This document shows positions 42,755-56,600 of a stretch of 64,000 nt of DNA, in pieces. Source of the stretch: Trichoplax adhaerens. Taxonomy: Eukaryota > Animalia > Placozoa. The notes under the pieces were generated by a model that was given only the letters and a program-made list of their open reading frames with translations, searched no databases and was not told the DNA's origin. The position numbers and the translations under genes are program-made. The DNA is taken from positions 3,526,980-3,590,979 of the forward strand of contig NW_002060947.1 in assembly GCF_000150275.1 (NCBI RefSeq). The letters are read 5' to 3'. Within the stretch, counting starts at the first letter, position 1; every line of letters starts with the position of its first letter.

Positions 42755-43318
42755 ACTGAGGCACTAACTGAGATACAGTACTGAAAGCAACAGAGATTGT
42801 TTTCCTTCACTCAGGCACTAACTGAAATACCGTACTGAAAGCAACAGAGATTGTTGTTTTGGTTCGCTGAGGCGCTTACTGAAATACAGTACGGAAAGCA
42901 ACAGAGATTGCTTTCCTTCGCTTGGGCACTTACTGAAATACAGTACTGAAAGCAACAGAGATTGTTGTTTTGGTTCGCTGAGGCACTTACTGAATACACT
43001 ACTGAAAGTAACAGAGACTGTTGTTTTGGTTCGCTGAGGCACTTACTGAGGTACAGTACTGAAAGCAACAGAGATTGTTGTTTTGGTTCACTGAGGCACT
43101 TACTGAGATACAGTACTGAAAGCAACTGAGATTGTCGTTTTGGTTCACTAAGGCACTAACTGAAATACAGTACTGAAAGCAACAGAGATTGTGCTTTTCG
43201 CTCACTAAGGCACTAATTGAAATACAGTACTGAAAGCAACTGAGATTGTGCTTTTCGCTCACTAAGGCACTAATTGAAATACAGTACTGAAAGTAACAGA
43301 GATAGTTTTCGTTCGCTT
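42755..43318 (+). repeat. Minisatellite, 10 tandem copies of a 54-57 bp unit
   Basis: Consensus ggcacttactgaaatacagtactgaaagcaacagagattgttgttttggttcgctga; unit starts at about 42760, 42814, 42871, 42925, 42982, 43038, 43095, 43152, 43209, 43266. Confidence 0.95.
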
Positions 43319-45455
43319 GAAAAATATTGAACATTGTACAGTACACTAGTTGTAGTGGCAATTTGACACACAGTATTAAGTGCTACAGTACCATGAAATA
43401 ATACCATCAAAACGCCCGCAAGCAGCAGTTGAAATGACAACAAAAAGCTTCTCCAATGAATGGACTGCTGTTGCCTTCACTATATAGTCGGTACAGTAGC
43501 GCATTAACCATCATGAATTGCTAGATTATATAGTCATCATCACGCTATTCATGATGGGATTATGACTATTACAAGTTAAGACTATGTCAAATGAAGATGA
43601 TGCATCACCACTTTAGGGCATTGGAGGGCAAATTGAAGTATTTCAACTCTTCAATACGGTCCCAAACTAGACAGGCATGCTGGCAGGGATTACTAAAAGA
43701 ATCCTGCTAATACGATACCGTCATAAAGTCCAAACAATATGATTGTAATGAAGTAGATGTCTTAGCATGTCGACTGCAGCTATGCTGTCCATTTTACTAT
43801 ATAGTAGGCCTACGAAAAGGAACCCCCATTGAAAGGGACTTATTGTCAAATTGTCGTGGTTATCATCAAGCTAGTTGCAATAACTTTGAAATTGACTATA
43901 CAAGCGGTAAATGAAATTAACTCTAAATTACGGTATACTTAATTATTGTAAAATTTAATAATAATAATAGCAATAATAGATAGTCATATTAAAAATGAGA
44001 TATCGGTCATAATAAATCATATTTCCAAACCAGTCTAATGATAATTATCATCAGGGATTGCTCAATTCGTTCCTTCATGCACGATCGGCACACTTACAAA
44101 ATTATTGTTCATATCCATAGTCCGTCTACTCACACTCAATCTTGTACAAAGAATTGACTCTGCACTATCGTTTTAAAACAAGATAGTGAGAAATGCTGAT
44201 TGAATAGGACAGGCTGTGACAACTATTCAACGGTGTTGTCTTGTTGTTTGCTATTTAATTTGCATAATATATCAAAAATCCACCACATGCGTATCTTGAT
44301 TCAATATTGATCTTTTGTTTATTCGCATTAATTAATGATAAATACAAGGTATTATTAATATTATCCTCTTGTTGAACAGTTATAGACTATTGGTAATCTT
44401 ACTTTACCAAACGTTGACAAAAAATAGATAATTTTGCAATTGCTATGATAATAAATGGAAGATTGATAAAGGGAATTCTGTTGGGTTACCACGCAGTCTC
44501 GCTATAGGGTGCGCACCATTCATTATTATTCTGATTATTATTTTTTGTTATTTTGATTTCCTTTATATTATATCATGAGAAAATTAGTAATCAAGCATTG
44601 GATCGATGCATACCCAGTATTTGACATTTGCTAAAACAACAAAGTAGTATCATATTATTATCAAAGAGTACGACAATGAGCTGCATCAACAGTACTACAT
44701 CTATTGCACTCAAACACCTCTAAGGAACGAGTTAAAATTTCTCTTAGATACTTCTGGTCTAGAGAATACCATTCTATAGTATATACTATAAATTAATTTC
44801 CATCTCGGTGGAATTGGTCTAAATATTTTTTTCTGCTTTTCCAACATTTTTTCCGTACTTTATTCATTTTTTTTTCGGTGTCCTCTGCTTGTTTCATGCA
44901 AGGCAAATCTACTGTAGCTGTAACTTGGGTAAGTATCGAATAAATCATATTAATGTAATAGAATAGAATGCCTGCCATTTTGTGTACTTTTACCATTATG
45001 CGCACACTGTATCTTGCTAAGATATACTGTAGGATGTATTTTTTTTCTTGAAATTAAATTAAGTGCAGTGCAATACAAACATTGAACACAATTTTCTATC
45101 AATTTTTCATCATTAATACTTATTGTCTACTCGATACTTGTATCTTATTATTGCACTACTTTAGAGCTGAAATATTGATTAACTGCGATAATAAATTTTG
45201 AAGTTAGTATTATCTTCATTAATATTTCCTCTTTTCAATTTACCCTTACCATAATTTACACTCGTACTTTGTAATTGATCGCAGTTTTATGTTTTATCTC
45301 TATCGTTCGTTTCCTTTTTCTCTTTTTAGTTTACAAAATATCATTTTATGATTGTTGGTTATCGAGTATCTTATCTCTATTTTTGTCCATCTTAAATATT
45401 TTGAACAACAGTCTCATTTTGCAAACAAAGATCATTCCTATATCAATCAAGATAC

Positions 45456-48400
45456 ATGGCGGGTGGTGGTAATAATCGTCAACGCTTTTCAACAACGACC
45501 TCAATTGCTGAATATTTGAAACAGTTACTAAGGGATAAACACAATGTCTCTACTTGTGCTCCAAACACATTCCTTCACTGCGAACGCCTTCTCAATGAGG
45601 GTAAGTTTACTAAATTAAAAGTATTAATCAAAATTTCACTGCATCTTCTATCCTTGTACAGTAATCCGCTAAATTCTATTGTTACAAATCTACCCGCCAT
45701 CAATCGTTGGAGATAATTGATAACAGAATTATTGCGACCTTTGCTAGTAAAAGTTAATTTTTCCCATGATTAAAAGCTAAATGAATATTTCAAATTAAGT
45801 TACCAACATCTTAGCACTTTCTTTCATCGCTATAATTATCGTTATTATCAATAGAATAAGATAATGAATAGAATATTTGTATATAATTATTGGATGTTTT
45901 GTTTCAACTTAGTCCAAAATTCTGTCAACTATTAACACCATTTTTATCCATCGTAATCTCTTCATGAACAGTAAAATATTACTTGAAGCCATCATAATAA
46001 TATTGGCTATAGATCTAAGTGCATTATCTAACTTGTATGCTATCAGACTGATTTATCCTTATTATTATTTGTTGTCCATCATTTTTTTTTGGACAAGTGG
46101 GTAAGTGATTAATGAAATTTAGCAATTGCTTTGTTTCTAGATTCATTAACAATGTTAAGATAAGTTGATTAACCCGACTATCAGTCTCCATGAACAAATA
46201 TCAGTTCGTATTTAAGTCATGACATGCCCGATAGAATATAGAATACCTATCTCTTTCCTATTGCTCTTTTTAAATAACGATCGCGTATTCTAAAATAAAT
46301 CCGAATCCCCCTCCCTCTCAGAAAACGATGAGATCAAATTAAAATGAGTTGCATATTAAACTTGACAATTATATTTCTGTCAAGTACGTAATGGTCAAAA
46401 ATTATGATAATTATAAGTAGCCGTACAGAAAATCGATCAAGTCTAGACGATACTCAAGTAGAAGCCATTTCATCCTTAAAGGCTATTATAGAATTTACAA
46501 CCGAAGCAACATAACTATTATTGTCATACGTAATTCGTTGATGAAAAGTAATGTACCGTAGTATCGCTTTGCCATTTGCCATATACAGTATTTAGCATTG
46601 AGTACTCGGTATAAAAACAGCTTAAAATAGTGCTCGCATCGTTCATTCCATCTCAGGGATGAAGCTAGGGTAGTAGCATTTTAGTCATATTTATCTGCCG
46701 CTTATTTAGTATTATTACTTGCTACAAAGGATATTAGAAAAGGTATTATTATATATTATCGAAAGGATTCGCTAGAGTAAATTCTTTAATTACCTTGTGT
46801 TGAGTACTCGTACCAAAAAATAATTTTATGCAAAAAATGTAAGAAAAAGAGATAATAGTTGCATACACTTGGGCATAATATGTATTCATACAAATTTATT
46901 GTACGTTAATCCTACACAATGTTAGTACTATAATTTAAAGAATATTAAATCAATTTCGTCTCACCGTTATTACCGCAATCTGGTTGCAAATGACCCAACT
47001 AAAGAGAATAATAAAGTTACAGTTTCCTAAAGTAAAGTAATTGGCATTTTATCAATTGCTTGTCTGGTTACTAATCAATAGCGATAGTTAGTACTGTATT
47101 CCCATAAATTGAATTATAAACCACATTGTATAAACCAGCTTATGATTCCAATAAATCAGTTTAGCATCAGTCGATGCATAACAACAAGTCGCTCATTTAC
47201 CTTCAATTTATTACACTAGTCTTCGATTATCTATTTCCATGTTTTGCATAGGATGCAACAGCTAAGGCTACCACGATACAACGTCGTTGATGTTGTATGA
47301 CATGCGTTAATAATTTCCAATTTCCATCATTTATCATTATTTTATTTCAATGGTTATTTTAAGCGCAATAGTTACACTAGTTCCTTTGTAGATATAATAG
47401 CGTAGGTGATGATGTTGAATGATTGTACTGATTTTGGGCTATAAATCTACCAGTAAGCAAACCTATCCTGATCAATATAAAGGAGGTTTTTAATTCTATA
47501 TAATCTTAAATTTTGTGTTACTAAATTAGAAAGTCAACAATACTTATATACTTAGAATCGAATCGACAAAGTCTAAATAACTTTGTAAATCTCAATTTTT
47601 CATTAATTTAAAATACTTGAACAGTCAGAAATGCAGTTGCTAATGAAGGCGCTATTCAATAAATGGAATAATAGCAAGATTTTTAACGTAAATTATTATA
47701 TTTGATCGTATGAGTGTGCAAAATTTTAAATTAGTAGATATTGATCAAGCCTATACAAAAATCCTATAAAAAATTGATCGTTACTGTATTAATAAATTAT
47801 ATTATCTTTCTAACTACTGTAATTACTAGAGTTACATAATGCAAAGCTTAAAGTTTGATTCTGTAACATAACAACATGCTACAAGTTAGTGTACGATCGA
47901 TTTCATTATAATCATGTTATCACATCAAGATCGATAATTTGTCGCTATATTAATCTATGGAGTGACATCTCACTAATGAATAAGCCATTAATTAGAAATA
48001 AAATACAAACTGCAAGTTGAAATAATAACTTTTCTTGCTTACTTTACTTTACGATGTTTAGTAATGATGGCGCATTGTTGCTAGTTGTATCATTCTACCT
48101 TTGCATATAAGTATGCGTAGGGAGTATTGATATTGGCTATCCTTATCATAATGGACAATAAACAGACTGATGCAATTTTTCTTTCAATTATTGTAATAAT
48201 TAACATGTTATGATTAATTTTTAATTAAAATTCATAGATTGCTCAAACATATTCACAAACATTAATTTTATTAATTTGCCGTGAAATAACTGTATCGTTA
48301 GCACCATAGCTTAGATCGATACTTTAAGCTATAAATTAAAATATGATATACATATTTTAATTCTAAATTGGCAATCAGATTACAGATCATTCTGTGGTCA

Positions 48401-50345
48401 TGTAGTAGCGGAAATGATATCAATAGTTCCGAATTTTATAGCTGTATATCCGTACTTCCTTGCGAGATCGAACCTTTAATTTTTATGGTAATTTGGTTTG
48501 ATGTTGTAGAAATTGAAAGAGTTAGAATGGAAATGATCGGACTTAAAGCAGAAAGCCCAAATAGTTCATTTCTTGCTTCATTACCTGAACCTGAAGGCGA
48601 CAAAGTTCAAATTATCGAGAAAGTCTTTATACCGGTTAATCGTTTTCCTAATGTGAGTAGCGATTTACTCTGTAGGCTAACATTACTACGTCAAATTTAA
48701 GATCAGTTTACTAGGCTTATGTTACAAATATGTAACATTATTTTTAATTCAAGCCGAATCAGTAATACCTTTCATCTGTTGATCCATTTATAATCGAGAT
48801 GAAAACTAAATTTGATGTGTACTGAAGTCATGATATAGATTCTGGTTAAAAGCATGCGAAATTATAGCGCAAGAATCGAGTTGTCTTCTAGTTCAGTATT
48901 TCTAATTATAATTCTAAAACTTGTATTTAGTATAATTTTGTAGGTCGACTTTTAGGCCCAAGGGGAATGACAATGAGACAGTTAGAACTTAATATAGGTT
49001 GCAAGGTGAAAATTCGAGGAAAAGGATCTCTCAGAGATAGAAAAAGAGTAAGTACTAAGATAATCTAATGCTATATATAATCACTGAAAGGTAAAGAAAA
49101 GGACGTAATAGAAAAATTGTTAAACGCTAGAACTGATACGGCAAATACCTGAATCATTAAAACGTGTTTAATAAATTCAATGGAATTTGCAAATGTGCAA
49201 GGATTTTACATCTATATAAATGTGTGGATAGAAACGTAACTTTTTTTAAAGTTAACCAATCTGTGATGATTATTTTACAATGAACAAGTCATTGTGAGAT
49301 ATTACTGCTCCTATACTTAGTAGAACAGCGAATAAATTTTATTGTAGGCCTAATTTTGTCGTTGGGTCTATATGTGATACGTATTTGGTTTACCTAGCAA
49401 TGTTGACATAACTTTAGATCATGTAGTAACTCATTAAACAAGCAAGCAGAGCACCTACAGTACCAAAATTATACTGCGGTAGATGTCCTTATATAGTATC
49501 TCATTCAATGACGAGAACTGCAGTCAGCAAATTCTTAACATATTTCACACATTGTCATTAGGAAGAACAACTAAGGGGCAAACAAAATTGGGAGCATTTA
49601 CAAGAGGAATTGCATGTTGTTATCGAAGTGGAAGATACACCAACCAGGGCTCAAATCAAGTTAGAAAAAGCTAAGGATGAAATTAACAAACTATTAATTC
49701 CCGTGGTTAGTAATTTATCATCTTCATAATCATTTCATAACTTCTACACAACTAATAAATTATGAGAATAAATTATGGACTTATGCTCTTATCAAAATTT
49801 AACGGATGACTTGAAATATAAAGTCTGAAGAAGATGACGAACTGAAACGAAAACAATTGGAAGATTTAAGGCTCTTGAATGGGGTAGAAGGTATGAGCTT
49901 TCTTCAACGAGATATGATAGTACAGTTTGGCAGTATAGCTGGTAATACAGCAATTTACTCAAAATGTTTATTTATTATATTAATTTTCAACAGCTGCACA
50001 AAATATGGATCCTACCAACAATTACAATAATGTTTACGCTACCGTTATTCCTAGTCCAGTTGATACTGGATTAATGCAGTATACTACAACTGGATCACTA
50101 GTTAGTGCATTTCAACCGTCATTAACTCAGTTGCAAAGTGGAATTATTGCATCACGAACACCGACTACTTTAGTTCGACCTATGAGAATTCATGGTTAGC
50201 CTAATATACTGTACTAATATGCTTTAATAGTGTAAAAAATTTTATTGATGTTTATTTGTTAAAAGTGCTCTAAACCCTTGTACTAGGAGTAGTAACTGGA
50301 GACTACCTTAAACAGTATCGTGGACATCCATACAGACGATCTTAA
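45456..50345 (+). CDS. QKI: Quaking/How-like STAR (GSG) KH-domain RNA-binding protein, 7 coding exons
   Basis: Exons 45456-45600, 48510-48652, 48931-49047, 49562-49705, 49824-49890, 49994-50194, 50287-50345. QUA1 ([26 protein letters not shown]), KH ([57 protein letters not shown]), QUA2 ([16 protein letters not shown]), C-terminal RGHPY nuclear signal. Confidence 0.88.
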
Positions 50346-51588
50346 TACGGTAAGATTCGGAAAACAATTAAACATGATGATAAACATCGCTGCTACACGT
50401 TAAACATTAAATCATGAGAAATAATTTATAACCGGCCAGCTTTTAAAATTTTTAATACTCCTCGGGTTCATAAGCCTAAAGCTTAACTAATGCGTGATAT
50501 AATAACCTTGTTATTTATATTAAGTAAAGGTACCAATAACATATATACTACAATGACCACCTTAAGCCAAACTGTGGCTTTCTAGGGCTAATGAATAACA
50601 CAAAATAATATAAGAGTATTTTATGAAAATCTTTTGAAACTTTTTCTGTTTAGAAGTGTATGATAAAATACTGATAAAGCCTATCAATAAATAAGAGGCC
50701 TCATTTATAACTGCAATATTTATTTACTTATGTAGACTAAATAGCACTGATCTATTTCAATATTTTTTGACTAGATGATGTATAAAATCATAACTAACCT
50801 GAGCTCCTAACTCTACGATGGTGCAAGCCTAACAATACCATGCATACAGCAAAACCAATAATAATTTAAGATGAACAAAATTTTCCTTAAGGAGCCATTT
50901 ACGAGAGATTCTGACTATTTATCACCATAATTGATTCCCAACATACGTACTATTTATCGCTACCAATGCTGCTAATACGGAATCTCATAAACAATTTGAT
51001 CCACGTTCACAATAGCCGATTCATTGATTTAAGCAGATCACGTTACTAAATTAATCATGATCCGATTTAACAGGGCACTTACTAAGTAGCTCAGGCCTGC
51101 TTGTATAGACTTAACATTTAATCAGTTTAAAATGATTTTGCTAATTTTGCAGTATAGACATACATGCAAAGCTGATTTGTGATTTTTCGTCTTATCTATA
51201 ATAAAATGTACATGATTGTTACAACGTCTCTTACAACTCTTAAGATTTGTAATAGCAAATACTGCACTTGGACATCAGCTAGCTTATAGTTGAGTATACA
51301 GTACGTATACATGTAAGAAATCATATCACATTTGACTAAGATGGCGTGACATTGATTGCCATAAAAGTAATAGAGTACGAAATTAGAAAGAAAATGTAAT
51401 TTATTGTCGCAGATTGCTTACAGTACCTATAATTTTTTTAAGTGTTGCTACAATAATAGTCAATAAAGTAGGCCTCAGATGGAGTATTACTTAAAATGCT
51501 GCTGATAATTATTGAAGCCTTTCGATATACTGTACGAGTGTAAGTGTACGTTTGGCATGTAATTTAACAAAATATTATTTATTACAAA

Positions 51589-54500
51589 TTAACTGATTGA
51601 GCTTCCCGCGAGACTTTGCACTCTAACCGGTCCCTTTTCAGTCTTGAAAACGTGGTTACTGTCTTTATAGACAGCAGTCAGGTCATCAGAAATTTTTAAA
51701 TCGGCCTATTGGAAGATGATACAGCATATATTGTTAATACATAATCTAAAAATGCTGACTTTGTAACGAATTTAAATTATTTGTATTAGCTTCAAAACTA
51801 CAATAAACAAACCAGGATAGTTTCTAGTAATTTCTTTTTAGGATTGATTTCTTTATCCGGTTCTATCAGGATAAAATCCATTATTAATACCAATAACCCT
51901 ATTTTAGAAAGGTGTTACTCAATCTTAACAAGGCTGTCAAACCTCCACACGTGTCATGCTCAAACCCAGAGGTAAATATCTTTTCTCCAGGTTCACAGCT
52001 GGAAGGAGGATCAAGTGGCTCAATTGTTTTCGGATCTCCACTATAAGAACGAAATAACGGATAAATTTACAACTTATATTAGTATTCGGTAAGCCTTCTC
52101 ATTACTGGTAAAAATTTAAGTAAAATAAATTGTAGGTTATTTTGATGTAAAACGTTCTAAAAGTAGTAGTGTTCCTTACAGAGCATCTATTTCTTACAGA
52201 GTAATAGATGCTGCTTTGGAAGCCAGCAATTGGTAATACTTACCTAGATGCAGCAAGCATCATTCCTTCCGAAACTACTCCTATAATATCAGATAGAAAA
52301 AACGATTACATGATTAATACTGGAGGCCACTAAACAATCGGTCACCAAATTGCAATTTCGAAAAATATCTACCGCGAATATTTTGAGGCTTTAGATTACA
52401 TAATAAAGCTACTTTTCTCTTCTCCAGTTTTTCTACTGGGACATAATTAACCAGGCCACTGACGATAGTACGGTTTTCTACAACAAAAATCATGGAATAA
52501 AGATAGTTGTCCATGATTGATAAGGTATAAATTAATATGAAGACATTGAATTCATCAAAGATGGAAAGCTTCATACATGATTTACCTCCTGAACCAATAT
52601 CCACTTCTTGAACATATAAGGAATCTGCATTAGGATGCTAAAGAAAGCCGCGAAAGTCAAGAGATACATACATTGATCGCTTTTGTTAGTGTTAAATTAA
52701 ATTTTAGATAAACGCCTATAGCAATTGACAGACCTTTTTAACTGATACAATCTGGCCAACTCTGACATCCAGTCTTGATGGATCAGCAGCACGATTTGCT
52801 TTTTGTGAATCACTTTTCATTTTATCCACTGTAATAATGCATGAAGATATTTTTGTAACTAAATTATATCAGCGGAAGCTAGTTACATCTAGAATTCTAC
52901 GAATATTGCGTACATTTAACAGTCTCCGGGTAGGCTAGGTGTTTTAATTTAGTAAATTCAGGATTGTCGAGTTCTTGTCGAATAGGATCAAGGAGCTAAG
53001 TATGCAATATATCGTTTACTTAAGGAAGGCTACATCATCAATTTACTCCAACAATCTTGCTTTCTTATTTAGTCAATTCCATTAAGTGCTACGCAGTGAA
53101 TGAAGCTGAATGTACTATTTATATTTTATACCTGATTTAATGCATCCGCTACTGCCTGTTTAAGATCTGCCGGGTAAAGTTCCTATAACGGCCATATAAA
53201 AAAGTGTGCATTATAATACTATAAAACATAGTAATTATACGTTATTTTGTCAGCAGTAGCTTAAATAGTCAATTTTAAATTCATTTTTTGCTTACATTCT
53301 TAGCAAATGCGGCTTCCAGGTCCTCATAATTTGTATAAACTACGCGCCCACCATATTTTTTGTCCCGATTAACAACAAATTCTGCATAATGAAATGGCAG
53401 GGAATTAATAGTTTATAGCTTTTCCAAAAAAATTTTCTTTAATTTTTATCTAAATACATATGCTGTACGTGCAAGAAATGTATCTCATTCTATTTGGAAC
53501 TTTACCTTCAGTTTTCGATAACGGCAGCAACACATATTTAACAAAGGATAATACCCCATTCTCCTTAATATTGCCAGGTTCGCAGAAGGCCTATACAAAA
53601 CCAATACATGAAGTTAAATCCTCTATATACCAAATATCATATCAAGTTTAAGCTAAAACTAAAAAAAATTGCTTTACTTTACGAAGTTTCTTCTCAACAA
53701 CTTCTTTAGAATCAATTAAATCAATCTTAGAGTCCTAAAATAAGAGTGTATGTAGAATGCTTAGTATCGAAATAAACTTATCACCGTTTAGACTATAAAT
53801 TTTTTAAATAATTTTTAAGGGTTGCTAAACCTCTACAGATGAACTCATTTTTCCACCAGTAAGTCCTGGAACTATAGTCAAAGTAAAAATACGAATGCAA
53901 GTAAAATAACAGCAAAATGTGCAAATTTGGTACGCTACAATCAATACTCACTTCCGTGACAACTGATGCCAATCGATAGACATCCAAGGTATATTCCCTG
54001 ATATTGAAAATGAAACGTGCATAAGCTGAGTCAAACATTTAAAATTTTAAGCATTAAAATTAAGTAACTAAGCTTAACTTTGTAATTTACCTAGACAATT
54101 GGTAATCAGTCCCCCTAACAAACGTTAGTTTTTCTATTGAAACTCCAATAGATTGTAGCATAGCCTATAAGCATAATTGTTTTCGCCCATTATGTCACAA
54201 TATCATTATAAACATTTTACCATTAAATTCTCTACAATGAAATTTCAGATATGATCGTACTTTAATAACGAACGAGTAGTATTTCACACGTTGCGCAAGT
54301 AACTCCCACGGCGCTTTCATATTATCCAGGTAGCCATGTAAATCAGCAAATAATATGATGACCTAAGTAGTAGTAATAATCACAAAGTTCACTGGTTGTG
54401 TCTATCATTGAGCATAGTTGTTAAGATCTCATATTTTTACTACTGTAAGACCGTGCAGTATCATTAACTTTTATCTAATAATTATGAACAAGTAATCATA

Positions 54501-56141
54501 ACTGATCCCAGATGGAACGAGAACTACTTCTAGCCTTTTGTATGATTCTTACTTAATACGGTATAAGGTACTTCCAATTAAATTAATATATGAATATTAG
54601 AACAATTTGATACCGATTCGATTATTACGCATGATCTAACATTCCGTTTCTGTACAAGTTAATGGATAAGATATTTGAATAAAGGCTACTAAGAGTTGGC
54701 AAAGAAACTGCCAAGAGGCTAGTTTGACATGGTTAATAAACTGCTAGTAACTAACGAAATTTTAACAAAGTATAGTCTAGCCCAGACTATTTTAAGTTCA
54801 TTCGTGTATCATAAATTAACTAGGATAACCCAAAAGTTCTCATGTGCAGTACTAACATAAATAAAGGAAGAGCACTTCCTTTTGTAATTCATCGTTGTAT
54901 AGATAGATATTCTACGGTATATTATCTTACGTGGCATCCTGCCTTTAAGAAATCAGCAATTTTACTAATAGGAACAAAGTAGCCCACATGGGGACGGCCT
55001 GTGGTCGCAGTTCCCCAATACAGTGAGATATCCTTTTCCTTCAGAGTTTTCAAGAGTCTTTCTTCACCAATCACCTCCTAACAGATAAAATATGATATTA
55101 CATGGTAATATCTGCATCTACATTGTCATTGATACCCCAATAAATTAATTGGATACTATAGGTTATAAAATTTAGTTGCAATTAGCTCCTAGAAAAATCT
55201 TAACATATAGTAACTTTGAAATATTTTTGAATCGTGCGTCACTAAAACAATGATAGAATTCATTGATTAATTTAATTACAAAATTGTACAAATATACTGT
55301 TTGCCATGCAACACAAACTTGTTGCGCTACGAATTACAAGTATTTCAGTCATCAACAATGGCAAGGACACTCAACATTAGTGCATCTGAATCGGATCAAT
55401 ATAGATATTTTATGTGATGTAATAGCATTCATTATAATTACAGCTACAACATTCTACATATAGCTGCATTATCGACATTGGAAGCAACACATATCTATAA
55501 TATCAAGTAACAATATACAGTACGTCCTGTTTTATAATTATCAACAAATTGATCTCAACTGTACGTTGTAAGACAGGTATATTTTCAATACTTCATTACA
55601 ACCCTTGCTGTTAACTGAAATTACTGCACATTTTGAATTCTTTATTCGTTGTAATAAAATTCTAGAGTGAATGTAATAACACTACACATACTGGCTAGCT
55701 CACTGTGTTGCAAGCGGAATATCAGGACAATCCATCGTATTTTTGATACGTATTGCATGATCAAGTACGTAAAAATGGAATGCAGAGAAAGGATGAAAAA
55801 TGAAAAATTCCTATAGCAAAGTAATGACCAATCGAATTTTATTCTATTTCTTACACTGTTGTACTATATAGAATATAATCTATTTATGAAATCAACCACG
55901 AAGTAAATTTAAATTTATGTGGTCAGTCTCATATCCTCGGACACCATGATGCTCAAGTTGTAATCCTTGCTGATGATGCACCAACTTGAACTCCTTACAA
56001 ATCATACATACCACAGTAGTACACCATAGCATGACTGCGTGTTACATCATCGTTTAACTTATCCAATATTGATTATACCTGTAAGTTACGCGTAATCAAT
56101 TGAAATTTTCCTTCAGCGGACAAAGTAGAGCCCGATGCCAT
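51589..56141 (-). CDS. YARS1: Cytoplasmic tyrosyl-tRNA synthetase with C-terminal EMAP-II-like domain; as assembled it lacks ~72 central codons and is frameshifted
   Basis: [124 protein letters not shown]. The segment HD.KKAGAEVVKQ...HLMNPM is absent between 53952 and 53871. Confidence 0.88.
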
Positions 56142-56409
56142 TTTCCTAGTGTTTAGTATGACTTCAATGCTGTCCTGGCGGAATTATTAATAAAATAAGC
56201 GAAATGCAACTGGAGTTTCAAAGGGCCAACTTGGATTTGCTTTCAAGTTTAAAGGGAAGTGTGCGTTTTGATTGTCGTCTTATGCCTAAAACGGTATCCA
56301 GTTTTGATGCACAGTAACAAGCTGTGCATAAAAAGTGTCCCACACACCCAGGCGACAGTAGCGTAAAATTCAGACCATACAGGACTAGAGACGGTGTGTT
56401 AGTGTCATG

Positions 56410-56600
56410 GGTGTACAGTATACAGTATACACTGGGTGTGCACTGTGCGGTAAAAGCTGGGAGTTGACACTCTCGACTGGAGTACAGTACTGTACTGTAG
56501 CTACATGGACTAAAGTACTGTACTGGATGCCCTATGGCATCTACTGTACAAAGTACTGTAACTGATGGCTAATATACTGTATACAGTGCTGTAAGGACCT
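56410..56600. repeat. TA-CAG/CTG-TA array upstream of YARS1
   Basis: gTAcagTATAcagTATAcactg, agTAcagTActgTActgTAg, agTActgTActgg, TATActgTATAcagtg. Confidence 0.8.

Noticed and set aside
42811-43361. Cys-rich repeat ORFs (NLCCFQYCISVSA) and a CRISPR-like look
   Set aside because: Minisatellite translations broken by a 56-bp unit; no unique spacers or cas genes; eukaryotic context.
17138-56141. RARS1, YARS1 and amino-acid transporters as a functional cluster
   Set aside because: Separated by unrelated genes; no shared regulatory evidence visible, so chance is adequate.
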